From positions 36,430 through 100,429 of the forward strand of contig CAJQTG010000019.1 of NCBI GenBank assembly GCA_905618925.1: 64,000 nucleotides of DNA. Reading direction: 5' to 3'. The translations under genes were made by a program, and so were the position numbers. How positions within the stretch are numbered: the stretch's first letter is position 1; each line of letters begins with the position of its first letter. A model generated the notes under the pieces. That model saw only the letters and a list, made by a program, of their open reading frames with translations, was not told where the DNA came from and searched no databases. Origin of the DNA: an uncultured Candidatus Thioglobus sp. (GTDB lineage Bacteria > Pseudomonadota > Gammaproteobacteria > PS1 > Pseudothioglobaceae). Shown piece by piece: positions 53,100 through 63,079 of the stretch.

Positions 53100-54400
53100 T
53101 ATGAAGTCGCCTTTTCTACTGCTTTAAGGCCAGATTTAAAGTCATTAATAATATCTGCTACAGACTCTATTCCAACAGACACGCGTATTAAGTCAGCGCT
53201 ACTTCCAGCTGCTTTCATTGCTTCATCATCAAGGCGCGAGTGTGTTGTACTAGCAGGATGAAGAACTAAGGTTCTTGAATCACCAACATTTGCTAAATTA
53301 GATGATAATTTTAGTGCGTTGATAAATGCCGCACCACCCTCTCTGCCACCTTTAACTCCAAAGCACAGCATAGAGCCAGCACCATTTGGAAATAGTTTTT
53401 GAGCAATTTCATAAGTTGGGTTTTCGGGTAAATCTGGATGGTTAACCCACATAACAGCTGATTGTTCTAGGAGCCACTTAGCAAGCTTAACCGCGTTTTT
53501 GACATGCTGATTCATTCTAAGAGTGAGGGTTTCTATTCCTTGAAGAAACAAAAATGCACTATGTGGACTCATTGCTGGACCAAAATCACGCATTGATTCT
53601 GCTCTCATTTTCATTGATAGCGCAGATGGACCAAATTCTTCCCAAAAGTTTATACCATGAAATGGCTCATAAGGCGTTGTTAGGGTTGGGTGTTTTTTAC
53701 TAGAGCCCCAGTCAAAAGACCCACCATCAACAATTACACCTCCAACAGCAACTCCATGACCACCAATCCATTTAGTAACTGAGTGAACAACAACATCAAC
53801 GCCATGCTCCAAAGGTTTGCATAATACAGGTGTTGCAAAAGTAGCATCTACAACAAGTGGTAAGTGATTTTGATGAGCGATCTTAGCAATTTTAGGAAGG
53901 TCAGAAACCTCAAGCCCAGGATTTCCTATTGATTCGCAAAAAACAAGTTTAGTATTTTCTTGTATTGCGGCTTTTAGCGCTTTTTCATCATTTATAGAAA
54001 CGAAGGTACACTCTATATTAAACCTCTTAAGAGTGTGCTTTAGAAGTGTTGCTGTTGAGCCATAAATTTGTGACGCGCTTACAATGTGATCTCCTGCAGA
54101 ACAAAGGCTTATAAAAGTAACAAAAAGTGCACTCATGCCTGAGGCGGTACAAATAGCTCCTACGCCGCCTTCAAGTGCAGCAATTCGCTGCTCTAGAACC
54201 GCAACCGTTGGATTAGTCATTCGGCTATATATATGGCCACCTTTTTCAATATTAAAAAGAGCCGCAGCATCATCAACTGTTTCGAAAACATAAGAGGTAG
54301 TTTGGTATATAGGAACAGCTCTGCTCCCAAAAGATGGGTCTGGTTGATAACCAGAATGCAAAGATATTGTTTCAGGGCCAAAAAAGGATGACTTTCCCAT
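53099..54400 (-). CDS. metY: O-acyl-homoserine sulfhydrylase (MetY family)
   Basis: PIYQTTSY, YSRMTNPT, HSVTKWIGGHG (PLP Lys), LANVGD, IRVSVGIE. Confidence 0.88.
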   Translation of the reverse strand: MGKSSFFGPETISLHSGYQPDPSFGSRAVPIYQTTSYVFETVDDAAALFNIEKGGHIYSRMTNPTVAVLEQRIAALEGGVGAICTASGMSALFVTFISLCSAGDHIVSASQIYGSTATLLKHTLKRFNIECTFVSINDEKALKAAIQENTKLVFCESIGNPGLEVSDLPKIAKIAHQNHLPLVVDATFATPVLCKPLEHGVDVVVHSVTKWIGGHGVAVGGVIVDGGSFDWGSSKKHPTLTTPYEPFHGINFWEEFGPSALSMKMRAESMRDFGPAMSPHSAFLFLQGIETLTLRMNQHVKNAVKLAKWLLEQSAVMWVNHPDLPENPTYEIAQKLFPNGAGSMLCFGVKGGREGGAAFINALKLSSNLANVGDSRTLVLHPASTTHSRLDDEAMKAAGSSADLIRVSVGIESVADIINDFKSGLKAVEKATS

Positions 54401-54476
54401 AAATTCTCAGTTTAAAAACAAAGACAATATTTTCTCACAACTGGCTATTGAGTTGGCTTAAATTTCTTCTAAAAGG

Positions 54477-55151
54477 CTATTTAGCTAAAGAAAGTTCTTC
54501 GCGCATTTTGTCGATTGTTGACTTGTAATTTTCAGTATTAAAAATTGCTGACCCGGCGACAAATGTATCAGCACCAGCTGCTGCAATTTCTTGAATGTTA
54601 TCAACTTTAACGCCACCATCAACCTCAAGTCTCGTGCTAAGGCCTTTTTCATCAATTAATTTTCTCACAATTCTCAATTTTTCTAAAGATGAGGCTATGA
54701 AAGACTGCCCTCCAAATCCTGGATTTACTGACATCAGTAGTATCATATCAAGTTGATCAATGACATGCTCTAAATAATGAAGTGAGGTTGCTGGGTTAAA
54801 AACTAAACCTGCTTTGCAGCCGTTTTCTTTTATAAGTCCTATTGTGCGGTCTATATGTTCAGATGCTTCGGGGTGAAACGTGATGTATGAAGCCCCCGCT
54901 TTTGCAAAGTCAGGAATAATTCTATCAACTGGCTTGACCATTAAGTGGACATCGATTGGTGCGGTCACGCCATGGTTTCTCAGTGCTTCGCAGACTAAAG
55001 GCCCAATTGTTAGGTTTGGTACGTAGTGATTATCCATGACATCAAAATGAACAATATCGGCACCAGCAACTAAAACATTGTCAACCTCTTCGCCAAGTTT
55101 AGCAAAATCTGCTGCGAGTATTGAGGGTGCGATAAAGTTTTTTTGCTTCAT
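54477..55151 (-). CDS. rpe: Ribulose-phosphate 3-epimerase
   Basis: [37 protein letters not shown]. Confidence 0.98.
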   Translation of the reverse strand: MKQKNFIAPSILAADFAKLGEEVDNVLVAGADIVHFDVMDNHYVPNLTIGPLVCEALRNHGVTAPIDVHLMVKPVDRIIPDFAKAGASYITFHPEASEHIDRTIGLIKENGCKAGLVFNPATSLHYLEHVIDQLDMILLMSVNPGFGGQSFIASSLEKLRIVRKLIDEKGLSTRLEVDGGVKVDNIQEIAAAGADTFVAGSAIFNTENYKSTIDKMREELSLAK

Positions 55152-55163
55152 TTTAGTCTCCGT

Positions 55164-56690
55164 TTATTCTTTAAAAAGGCTTTGGCCTGTCATCTCTTTT
55201 GGTTGCTTAATTTCCATAAGCTCCAAAAGCGTTGGGGCTAGATCTGCAAGTGTACCAATATGTGGACCTAATAGTGAGTTTTTCCTTTTCCCAACATAAA
55301 TTAATGGAACTGGATTAGTTGTATGTGCAGTATGGTTTTTTTGTGTTTCAGGATCTAGCATTTGCTCTGCATTTCCATGGTCCGCAGTAATGAGTATTTC
55401 GGTTTCAGACTCTAGACATGCCTGGTGAATTTTCCCTAAACAACTATCGACTGCTTCTACAGCTTTAATAGCCGCTTCAAGGTTTCCAGTGTGTCCGACC
55501 ATGTCTGTGTTGGCAAAATTACAGACAACCAGCTTATGTTTTCGAGATTGAAGCGCTAAAACAAGATTTTCAGTTAATTCATATGCGCTCATTTCTGGCT
55601 TTAAATCATAAGTTTTTACATCAGGAGATTGAATAAGCTTTCTTTCTTCTCCAGGAAGTATTGCTTCAACGCCTCCATTAAAGAAAAAGGTGACGTGAGC
55701 ATATTTTTCAGTTTCAGCAATTCTAAGCTGACTAAAGCCAAGGCTTGAAATATAGTAACCAAGAGTGTTATCTAAAGATATTGGTGGATAAGCGCACTCA
55801 AGATTAAAGTCTTTTTTATACTCTGTGAGACAAGTAAAATTGCAGTTTTTGAACGTAGGCCTATCAAATCCATCAAATATTTCTGCAGTTAAGGCTCGAG
55901 TTATTTCTCTTGCGCGGTCTGCGCGATAATTCATAAAGATTACTGCATCGCCATTATTAATTCTTACAGGCGTACCAATAACTGTAGGGGCAATAAACTC
56001 ATCATCTTCACCTTCTTCATATGCCATTTGAATTGCATCTTTTGCAGAATCTGCTTCGCGATCACCTTTTCCAGAAGATATTAATTCATAGGCTTTTGAA
56101 ACTCTCTCCCAGCGATTGTCTCGATCCATTGCATAAAATCTGCCTACTACTGAAACAATCTTTCCTACCTTTAGTTCAGAGATTTTTAACTCCAACAGCT
56201 CAATAAATTTTGAAGCACTGTTTGGTGGCGTATCACGTCCATCAGTAAAGACATGAAAATAAACCTCTTCGCAGCCTTTTTGTTTTGCTAGCTCAAGTGC
56301 CGCATAAATATGGTCTTGGTGTGAGTGAACCCCTCCATCAGATAAGAGTCCAAGGATATGCACTGCTTTATTATTGGCCTTGGCAGATTCAAGTGTCTTG
56401 CACAGATTTTTATTGCTGAAGAAGTCACCACTTTTAATATCATTACCAATTCTAGTGAAATCTTGCTCAACAATTCTTCCAGCCCCAATTGTTAAGTGAC
56501 CTACTTCTGAATTTCCCATTTGGCCCTCTGGCAGTCCAACACTTTTTCCAGAGGTTTCAATTAACGTATTAGGATAGTTGTCAATAAGATGATTCCAATT
56601 TGGGGTGTTAGCCATTTCTATGGCGTTATTCTCAGAGTTTTTTGAATAACCCCAACCGTCTAAAATTAATAGTAATTTTGTATTTTGCAT
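55164..56690 (-). CDS. gpmI: 2,3-BPG-independent phosphoglycerate mutase
   Basis: LILDGWG, QMGNSEVGH, AETEKYAHVTFF, DMVGH, TADHGN. Confidence 0.98.
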   Translation of the reverse strand: MQNTKLLLILDGWGYSKNSENNAIEMANTPNWNHLIDNYPNTLIETSGKSVGLPEGQMGNSEVGHLTIGAGRIVEQDFTRIGNDIKSGDFFSNKNLCKTLESAKANNKAVHILGLLSDGGVHSHQDHIYAALELAKQKGCEEVYFHVFTDGRDTPPNSASKFIELLELKISELKVGKIVSVVGRFYAMDRDNRWERVSKAYELISSGKGDREADSAKDAIQMAYEEGEDDEFIAPTVIGTPVRINNGDAVIFMNYRADRAREITRALTAEIFDGFDRPTFKNCNFTCLTEYKKDFNLECAYPPISLDNTLGYYISSLGFSQLRIAETEKYAHVTFFFNGGVEAILPGEERKLIQSPDVKTYDLKPEMSAYELTENLVLALQSRKHKLVVCNFANTDMVGHTGNLEAAIKAVEAVDSCLGKIHQACLESETEILITADHGNAEQMLDPETQKNHTAHTTNPVPLIYVGKRKNSLLGPHIGTLADLAPTLLELMEIKQPKEMTGQSLFKE

Positions 56691-56704
56691 TGGAAAATTA
56701 ATAG

Positions 56705-57796
56705 TTATACATTAAATAAAAAGTGAACTACATCACCATCTTTAACAATATATTCCTTTCCTTCAGAGCGTAACTTGCCAGCGTCTTTTGAGCCTTTTTC
56801 GCCTTTATATTTAATAAAGTCGTCATATGAAATCGTTTCAGCTCTTATAAAACCTTTTTCAAAGTCACCATGTATTTTACCCGCGGCCATTGGAGCTGAA
56901 TCTCCAATATTTATTGTCCAAGCCCTAACTTCTTTAACACCTGCAGTAAAATATGTTTGAAGACCCAGTAAGCTATATCCAGCTTTAATTAGGCGATCAA
57001 GTCCAGATTCAGATTGTCCCATTTCATCTAAGAAACCTTGCTTATCTTCGTCATCAAGTTCAGCAATTTCAGACTCAATATCAGCGCATACAGCAACAAC
57101 TTGACTATTTTCATTATCTGCATAGTTAGTTAAGGCAGATAAGTGTGGATTGTTTTTAAAGCCATTCTCACTTACATTAGCAACATAAAGAACAGGCTTT
57201 GAAGTAAGTAACTGAAGTCCTTTAACTAGCTTTTCCTCTTCTTCAGTAAAATCAAGGGATCTGATTGCATGACCTTCTTCAAGGGTTGGTAGGATTTTTT
57301 CAAGTAAATTTTTTAAAGGCAAGCCTTCTTTTTGCCCTGATTTGGAGTTTTTTATGGCCTTTTGGTAAGCTTTTTCAGCGCTAAAAAGATCAGCTAAGGC
57401 AAGCTCCGTACTAATTGTATCTATGTCATCAAGTGGATCAACTTTGTTGGAAACATGAATGATGTCATCATTTTCAAAGCATCGAACAACGTGAAGGATT
57501 GCATCTGTTTCACGAATATTTGAAAGAAATTGATTTCCCAATCCTTCGCCTTTTGAAGCACCTTCAACCAACCCAGCAATATCTACAAACTCCATTGTGG
57601 TTGGTAAGATTTTTTCTGGAGTAACGATGTTTGCTAATCCCTGTAATCGAGGATCATTAATAGGCACAATACCAACGTTTGGCTCAATCGTACAAAAAGG
57701 GTAATTTTCTGAATCTATACCTGCCATTGTTAGCGCATTAAAAAGTGTTGATTTACCTACATTTGGAAGTCCAACAATGCCACATTTAAATCCCAT
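56705..57796 (-). CDS. ychF: Obg-family ATPase YchF
   Basis: [28 protein letters not shown]. Confidence 0.98.
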   Translation of the reverse strand: MGFKCGIVGLPNVGKSTLFNALTMAGIDSENYPFCTIEPNVGIVPINDPRLQGLANIVTPEKILPTTMEFVDIAGLVEGASKGEGLGNQFLSNIRETDAILHVVRCFENDDIIHVSNKVDPLDDIDTISTELALADLFSAEKAYQKAIKNSKSGQKEGLPLKNLLEKILPTLEEGHAIRSLDFTEEEEKLVKGLQLLTSKPVLYVANVSENGFKNNPHLSALTNYADNENSQVVAVCADIESEIAELDDEDKQGFLDEMGQSESGLDRLIKAGYSLLGLQTYFTAGVKEVRAWTINIGDSAPMAAGKIHGDFEKGFIRAETISYDDFIKYKGEKGSKDAGKLRSEGKEYIVKDGDVVHFLFNV

Positions 57797-57808
57797 CTTC
57801 TTACTCCA

Positions 57809-58378
57809 TTATAAGGAATGAAGGGCCTTCATAGCCGCTTCAAAATGACCATTAACTAACATTTCAATAATGCCTGACGCCTCTGTCATTCCTTGTTCAA
57901 TTAGTTTTAATTCAGAGCTAGCTGGAGAGTTTAAAACAAAATCTACAACATCATTTTTTGTGCCTGGATGACCTATGCCTATTCTCAGACGATAAAAATT
58001 ATTCGTATCAAGTGCTTTAATCGTGTCTCGTAGGCCATTATGCCCGCCATGTCCTCCACCTAGTTTTAGTTTGACTGAGCCAACAGGCAAGTCAAGCTCA
58101 TCATGAATCACTAGGATCTCTTCAGGCTTAATATTGTAATAACTCGAAAAACTTTTGATCGAGCCACCAGAATTATTCATAAAGGTCTGAGGCTTGAGAA
58201 GGTGAACTTTTTTAGCACCAAAGTTAATAGTTGAAGTTTCTCCTAGAAACTTAGACTGACCATTAAATTTTGAGCCTAAAACGCTAGCTAATGATTCAAC
58301 AAACCAAAAGCCGGCGTTGTGACGATGTCCTTGATATTCTTTTCCTGGGTTTCCCAGTCCAACAATTAATTTAATCAT
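57809..58378 (-). CDS. pth: Peptidyl-tRNA hydrolase
   Basis: LIVGLGNPG, RHNAGF, HDELDL, GHGGHNG. Confidence 0.98.
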   Translation of the reverse strand: MIKLIVGLGNPGKEYQGHRHNAGFWFVESLASVLGSKFNGQSKFLGETSTINFGAKKVHLLKPQTFMNNSGGSIKSFSSYYNIKPEEILVIHDELDLPVGSVKLKLGGGHGGHNGLRDTIKALDTNNFYRLRIGIGHPGTKNDVVDFVLNSPASSELKLIEQGMTEASGIIEMLVNGHFEAAMKALHSL

Positions 58379-58427
58379 TACAACGCTTCGTTTAAGTGCT
58401 TATTGAGTCAATAAGGCTGGCAACATT

Positions 58428-59120
58428 TTATTCTTTGTCGTCACCATCTTTTGAATCTTCAGAGCCTTCTTCAGATTGGCCTTCTTCGCCTTCTGCTTCA
58501 GAATCACCAGATTCCAAGCTCTCTTCCTCTTCCTCTACGATAACTTTAGGTTCTGAGACAGAACATACAGTTTGATCATGCGCCTCAACATCTTCGTGTT
58601 GAAGTGAAGTAATTACAACTCCTTTAGGTAAGACAAGATTAGTTAGCGTTAGATGATCACCAATCTCAAGGTTGGTAACATCTACATTAATACCATGTGG
58701 AAGGTCTTGAGGTAGGCATGAAATTTCAACTGAAACAACAAATTGATTCAGCATATTTCCAAGTCGCAACGCCTCATTATCATCCATTCCAATAAAGTGT
58801 AATGGAGTCATTGTAATAAGAGCATGTTTTGCGTCTACTCGTAAAAAATCCATATGTTGAACAGTATTTTTTGCAGGGTGACGCTGAATGTCTTTTAAAA
58901 CGACAGATTCTTTTGATTTATCCACCATCAAATCTAATACAGAAGTGAATGTATTTTCATCTTCTAGTAAGTGAGTGATTTCATGAATGTTTAGTGTTAA
59001 CATCTGTGGGGCTTTAGTTCCACCATAAACGATACCTGGTACTCTTTCTTCTTTTCTCAAGCGGCGGCTCGCACCTTTCCCTTGATCTTTACGCTCTAAT
59101 GCGTTTACAGTAATACTCAT
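58428..59120 (-). CDS. rplY: 50S ribosomal protein L25/Ctc with acidic tail
   Basis: GKGASRRLR, VPGIVYGG, QRHP, HMDF. Confidence 0.96.
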   Translation of the reverse strand: MSITVNALERKDQGKGASRRLRKEERVPGIVYGGTKAPQMLTLNIHEITHLLEDENTFTSVLDLMVDKSKESVVLKDIQRHPAKNTVQHMDFLRVDAKHALITMTPLHFIGMDDNEALRLGNMLNQFVVSVEISCLPQDLPHGINVDVTNLEIGDHLTLTNLVLPKGVVITSLQHEDVEAHDQTVCSVSEPKVIVEEEEESLESGDSEAEGEEGQSEEGSEDSKDGDDKE

Positions 59121-59200
59121 TTTGAGTTCTCCAATAAATAAAAAAACACCACGTTCAGTGGTGTAACCAACATTGCCTGTCTTGCGACCAGATAGGCTGG
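59121..59200 (-). promoter_or_regulatory. rplY (L25) leader with two hairpins
   Basis: Minus strand GCCTATCT-GGTCGCA-AGACAGGC (GGUCGC loop), then ACACCAC-TGAAC-GTGGTGT plus T-tract. Confidence 0.6.
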
Positions 59201-59249
59201 AGCATCATTTTACCCGAATTTCTTTTGCTGTAGTCATCATTGGAGCGTC

Positions 59250-59297
59250 CTCAGGTATCAAACGAAATTTGGACTTTGAAGCAAAATCAAATATAAT
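59250..59297 (+). repeat. Dispersed boundary repeat, partial copy E, with TTGGAC-N17-TATAAT promoter
   Basis: ATCAAACGAAATTTGGACTTT (59257-59277) is 19/21 identical to the reverse complement of 32614-32634; -35 at 59269-59274, -10 at 59292-59297. Confidence 0.7.
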
Positions 59298-59303
59298 CTC
59301 ACT

Positions 59304-59693
59304 ATGAATAAAAATACAAATGGATTACACACTGAACATTTAGATAATGGCATGAAGCTAGAGACAACGTATAAAGATGGCATTAAAAATGGCAGTGAAA
59401 CTTATTGGTACGAGAATGGAAAAAAAGCTTCAGAGGGATTTTATGAAAATAATGAGCTTGAAGGTACTCTAACTTATTGGTACGAGAATGGAAAAAAAGC
59501 TTCAGAGGGATTTTATGAAAATAATGAGCTTGAAGGCACTCTAACTGCTTGGAATGAAGATGGTCTTTTGGAGTCTGAGCAAGGGTATAAGAATGGTATT
59601 CTTAATGGCAAATCTATTTTCTATGAAGATGGCTTAAGAGCGGCAGAGTATATGTTGGAGAATGGAGAGATATCAGGAAATATTAACGGTTGA
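59304..59693 (+). CDS. MORN-variant repeat (YwqK-like) protein
   Basis: Repeated YWYENGKKASEGFYENNELEG units. Confidence 0.8.
   Translation: MNKNTNGLHTEHLDNGMKLETTYKDGIKNGSETYWYENGKKASEGFYENNELEGTLTYWYENGKKASEGFYENNELEGTLTAWNEDGLLESEQGYKNGILNGKSIFYEDGLRAAEYMLENGEISGNING
59400..59543 (+). repeat. 72-bp tandem duplication inside the MORN-repeat gene
   Basis: 59400-59471 and 59472-59543 differ only by one synonymous base (GGT/GGC). Confidence 0.95.
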
Positions 59694-59771
59694 CCATCTC
59701 AATCCAGTCTTTATCTAAAGAACTCCTAATCCACATTTAATTTTCATGCCTAAGGGATAGACTGTCTTACT

Positions 59772-60167
59772 ATGAAAAAACTATTCTTAATTGTGGTTCC
59801 TTTAATGACCTGCTCAATTTCTGCTGATGAGATTAATAAGATGGCTATTATTGATGGTGAGTCTAATGGAGTTCAAGTTGAGAATTTTTATTTTGAGAGA
59901 AAAGAATTAACTGATAGCACTTCTATTTTCATTAGCACTAATGAAACTAAAAATGTTAAATGTGCTATTTATGATAAAAACAATAATCCTATAACGGTTT
60001 CAGAGGGCACGGTAACTTCACCATTTAGCGAGGTTTTGGTTTTATCTAGAAATGCAATTATTACATCAGTTAATTGTTGGGAATACAACCCTGAAGAAAA
60101 AGTAAAAAGAACAGATAGCACAGTTGATATGTACTACAAGATGCCAACTTTTTTATTAGATGACTAA
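59772..60167 (+). CDS. Hypothetical exported protein
   Basis: MKKLFLIVVPLMTCSISA signal-like N-terminus; two further Cys; family not recognised. Confidence 0.6.
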   Translation: MKKLFLIVVPLMTCSISADEINKMAIIDGESNGVQVENFYFERKELTDSTSIFISTNETKNVKCAIYDKNNNPITVSEGTVTSPFSEVLVLSRNAIITSVNCWEYNPEEKVKRTDSTVDMYYKMPTFLLDD

Positions 60168-60207
60168 ATCCATAACATTGCTAATTTATAAGTCTTAATG
60201 AGTTTCT

Positions 60208-61812
60208 TTAGCGTGATTTAAGCCAGAAGATAAGGCTGAAAAATGCACTTACCGCTGCATAAGTCCAAATTGATTGAGTTGCAAGAAACCCTGTAAGTAC
60301 AAGAAGCGATATTGAAATAATAGTCGCACGCTCCTTTCGTGAGTTTTCTCGAAGTTGAGAGAGAATCGCCTCTGTTTGTTTTTTGGAATTTTCTTGTTGA
60401 AGCGAGCCTTTTTCAATTTGTTTTAAAGCATTAATTACCAACATAGGGATTTCGGGTAATTCTAAAATAAGCTCAGGAAGTTGATCAGAGATTTTTTTAG
60501 CAATGTTTTTAAAGCTATATTTTTCTTTCGCAAGCTTCTCAAGGTAGGGTTTTGCTGTTGCCCAAAGATCAAGTTCAGGGTATAGAGTTCGCCCTAATCC
60601 CTCAATGTTTAGTAATGTTTTATAGAGTAGTATAAGTTGAGGTTGAACTTCCATGTCAAAACGTTTAGCCTCTTTTAATAAGCTTAATAAAACTTGACCA
60701 AAAGAAATTTCGCTTAAAGGTTTTTGAAATATCGGCTCACAAACGCTTCGAATTGCATTTTCAAATTCTAAGACGTTTGTTCCTTCTGGTATCCAGCCTG
60801 ACTCAAGATGGACTTGAGCTACTTTTTTATAGTCCTGATTGAAAAACGCTAAAAAGTTTTGAGCAAGATAATATTGATCAGCCTCTGTTAGAGTACCCAT
60901 AATTCCAAAATCAACACCAATATATTGATCATTTTTTCCAACAAAAATGTTTCCTGGGTGCATATCAGCATGGAAAAAATTATGATCAAACACTTGAGTA
61001 AAGAAAATCACCACACCATTTTCAGCAAGAGTTTGAAGGTTTGTATTGGTGCTCTTTAAGGCCTCAATATTACTAACTGGAGTTCCGTAAATACGCTCAG
61101 TTACGAGTATGTTAGAGCGGCAATAATCCCAGTGTACTTTTGGAACATAAAGAAGGTCGGAATCACTAAAGTTCTTCCTGAGTAGAGATGCATTAGCTGC
61201 CTCAACCATCATATTGAGTTCATTATAAATAATGGTTTCAAATTCAGCAACTGCCTCTTTTGGCCTCAGTCTTTTCCCATCAGGGTGCTTTTCAGCTAAG
61301 CCCGCAAATGCATAAAGTAAGCGAATATCTCTTTTAATTTGTTTTTCTATTCCCGGGCGAACGACCTTAATAATAATTTCTTCATTGTTATGAGTAATCG
61401 CACTATGAACCTGTGCAATAGATGCTGAAGCTAAGGGCTCATCATCAAAAGATGCAAATAGGGTTGAGACGCTTTCATCAAGCGCTTTTTCAATAATCGA
61501 TTTAGAGTCTTTAGCAGGAAAGGGAGGACATTTATCTTGGAGTTTTGCTAATTCGTTACCTATATCCTCTGGAAGAAGGTCTCTTCGAGTTGAAAGAGTT
61601 TGACCAAATTTTATAAATATTGGGCCTAGTTCTTCGAGCGCAAGGCGAATTCTTTCACCCCTAGTAAATTTTTTGCTCGGAAAGTAATGCCATGGAGTTA
61701 AATAGATTAGTGGCTTGAGGCTTTTAAGAAGCGAAGTAGATAATATAAGATGATCTAGTCGATATCGAATTAGAGTTCTTGATATACCAAGGAAGCGAAA
61801 AAAACTTTTCAT
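60208..61812 (-). CDS. ubiB: Ubiquinone biosynthesis kinase-like protein UbiB
   Basis: LGPIFIKFGQ, ASASIAQVH, FFHADMHPGN, DFGIMG. Confidence 0.96.
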   Translation of the reverse strand: MKSFFRFLGISRTLIRYRLDHLILSTSLLKSLKPLIYLTPWHYFPSKKFTRGERIRLALEELGPIFIKFGQTLSTRRDLLPEDIGNELAKLQDKCPPFPAKDSKSIIEKALDESVSTLFASFDDEPLASASIAQVHSAITHNNEEIIIKVVRPGIEKQIKRDIRLLYAFAGLAEKHPDGKRLRPKEAVAEFETIIYNELNMMVEAANASLLRKNFSDSDLLYVPKVHWDYCRSNILVTERIYGTPVSNIEALKSTNTNLQTLAENGVVIFFTQVFDHNFFHADMHPGNIFVGKNDQYIGVDFGIMGTLTEADQYYLAQNFLAFFNQDYKKVAQVHLESGWIPEGTNVLEFENAIRSVCEPIFQKPLSEISFGQVLLSLLKEAKRFDMEVQPQLILLYKTLLNIEGLGRTLYPELDLWATAKPYLEKLAKEKYSFKNIAKKISDQLPELILELPEIPMLVINALKQIEKGSLQQENSKKQTEAILSQLRENSRKERATIISISLLVLTGFLATQSIWTYAAVSAFFSLIFWLKSR

Positions 61813-62331
61813 CTAGGATGCTCTTTTTTTAAAAAATTTAGATCGACTAGGAGCAATCAAAAGAGTGGTAAATTCATTTTTTAAGCTCTCAATAAGTGAA
61901 TCCTTGTCCTGAGTTGAGGAGTCTTTTATTCTATCTATTGTTCGTCCAATTTGATGAGCAATAACGTCCCCAGTATATTGAGAAATAAGCTCTTCTATGT
62001 CAATAGAAGATAATGCAAATAGGTCAGCCAACTGCTGAGCTGTTTTGATACTTCCATTAATTTCAATATCTTCGCTTTCAATTAAATCTTCAAAAGAGGC
62101 GCCTTTAAATAAAGATAAGAAGGCTTTTTTGTTGAGAGTAATATCAACATTAGCTTCTTTCTGCTCACTATTTTCTATGACAAAAATACGAGAATTTAGA
62201 CACAGAAAAAAAAGTTTTAAATCTATATCATCAACATACAAACTAACTAGACTGTTGTCGAGGCGGTCTATGTTAATACTATTAACATTTATCATGTGGT
62301 TAAGGGCTCTTTCAATAGCGAGGCGAAACAT
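61813..62331 (-). CDS. ubiJ: Ubiquinone biosynthesis accessory factor UbiJ (SCP2-like)
   Basis: Between ubiE and ubiB; DIEELISQYTGDVIAHQIG. Confidence 0.8.
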   Translation of the reverse strand: MFRLAIERALNHMINVNSINIDRLDNSLVSLYVDDIDLKLFFLCLNSRIFVIENSEQKEANVDITLNKKAFLSLFKGASFEDLIESEDIEINGSIKTAQQLADLFALSSIDIEELISQYTGDVIAHQIGRTIDRIKDSSTQDKDSLIESLKNEFTTLLIAPSRSKFFKKRAS

Positions 62332-62336
62332 AGTAA

Positions 62337-63077
62337 TTAAGTTTTGATTGCTTTATGAAGTGCCACTATGCCGCCAGTAAGATTGTGATACTCACAAAAA
62401 CCAAAACCAGCATCAAGCGCCATAGATTTTAGCGTTTCTTGATCAGGGTGTTTGCGAATTGATTCCGCAAGGTATTGATAACTATCTTCGTCATTTGCAA
62501 AGAATTCACCAAATTTTGGTATAACGTTGAAAGAGTATAAGTCGTATATTTTTTTAAGCATCTCATTCTCAACCTTAGAAAACTCTAAGACTAGCAATGT
62601 GCCACCTTTTTTTAAAACACGATACATTTGCTGAAGGGCAACATCCTTATTCGTTACATTCCTTAAGCCAAATGCAATACTTACACAATCAAATGTGTTA
62701 TCCTCAAATGGAAGAGATTCAGCATTTGCTTGAACAAAGTCCACGTCAATAATGCCATGATTTAAAAGATTTTTTCTGCCCTCATTAAGCATTGAGCCAT
62801 TGATATCAGATAAGATAACCTTTCCAGAATCACCCACTTTTTTTCTAAATTTTATAGCCAGATCACCTGTTCCTCCAGCAATATCAAGAACATGATCTCC
62901 TTCTGATACGTTGCTACTAGAAATCGTATAGTTTTTCCACAGTCGGTGGGTTCCCATTGACATGACATCATTCATGAGATCATATTTGCCTGCAACTGAG
63001 TCAAATACACCCTTAACTAGGCCTTGTTTTTTTTCAACGTCGACCTGTTTAAAGCCAAAGTGAGTAGTCTTATCCAT
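62337..63077 (-). CDS. ubiE: Ubiquinone/menaquinone C-methyltransferase
   Basis: [40 protein letters not shown]. Confidence 0.98.
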   Translation of the reverse strand: MDKTTHFGFKQVDVEKKQGLVKGVFDSVAGKYDLMNDVMSMGTHRLWKNYTISSSNVSEGDHVLDIAGGTGDLAIKFRKKVGDSGKVILSDINGSMLNEGRKNLLNHGIIDVDFVQANAESLPFEDNTFDCVSIAFGLRNVTNKDVALQQMYRVLKKGGTLLVLEFSKVENEMLKKIYDLYSFNVIPKFGEFFANDEDSYQYLAESIRKHPDQETLKSMALDAGFGFCEYHNLTGGIVALHKAIKT

Positions 63078-63079
63078 TA

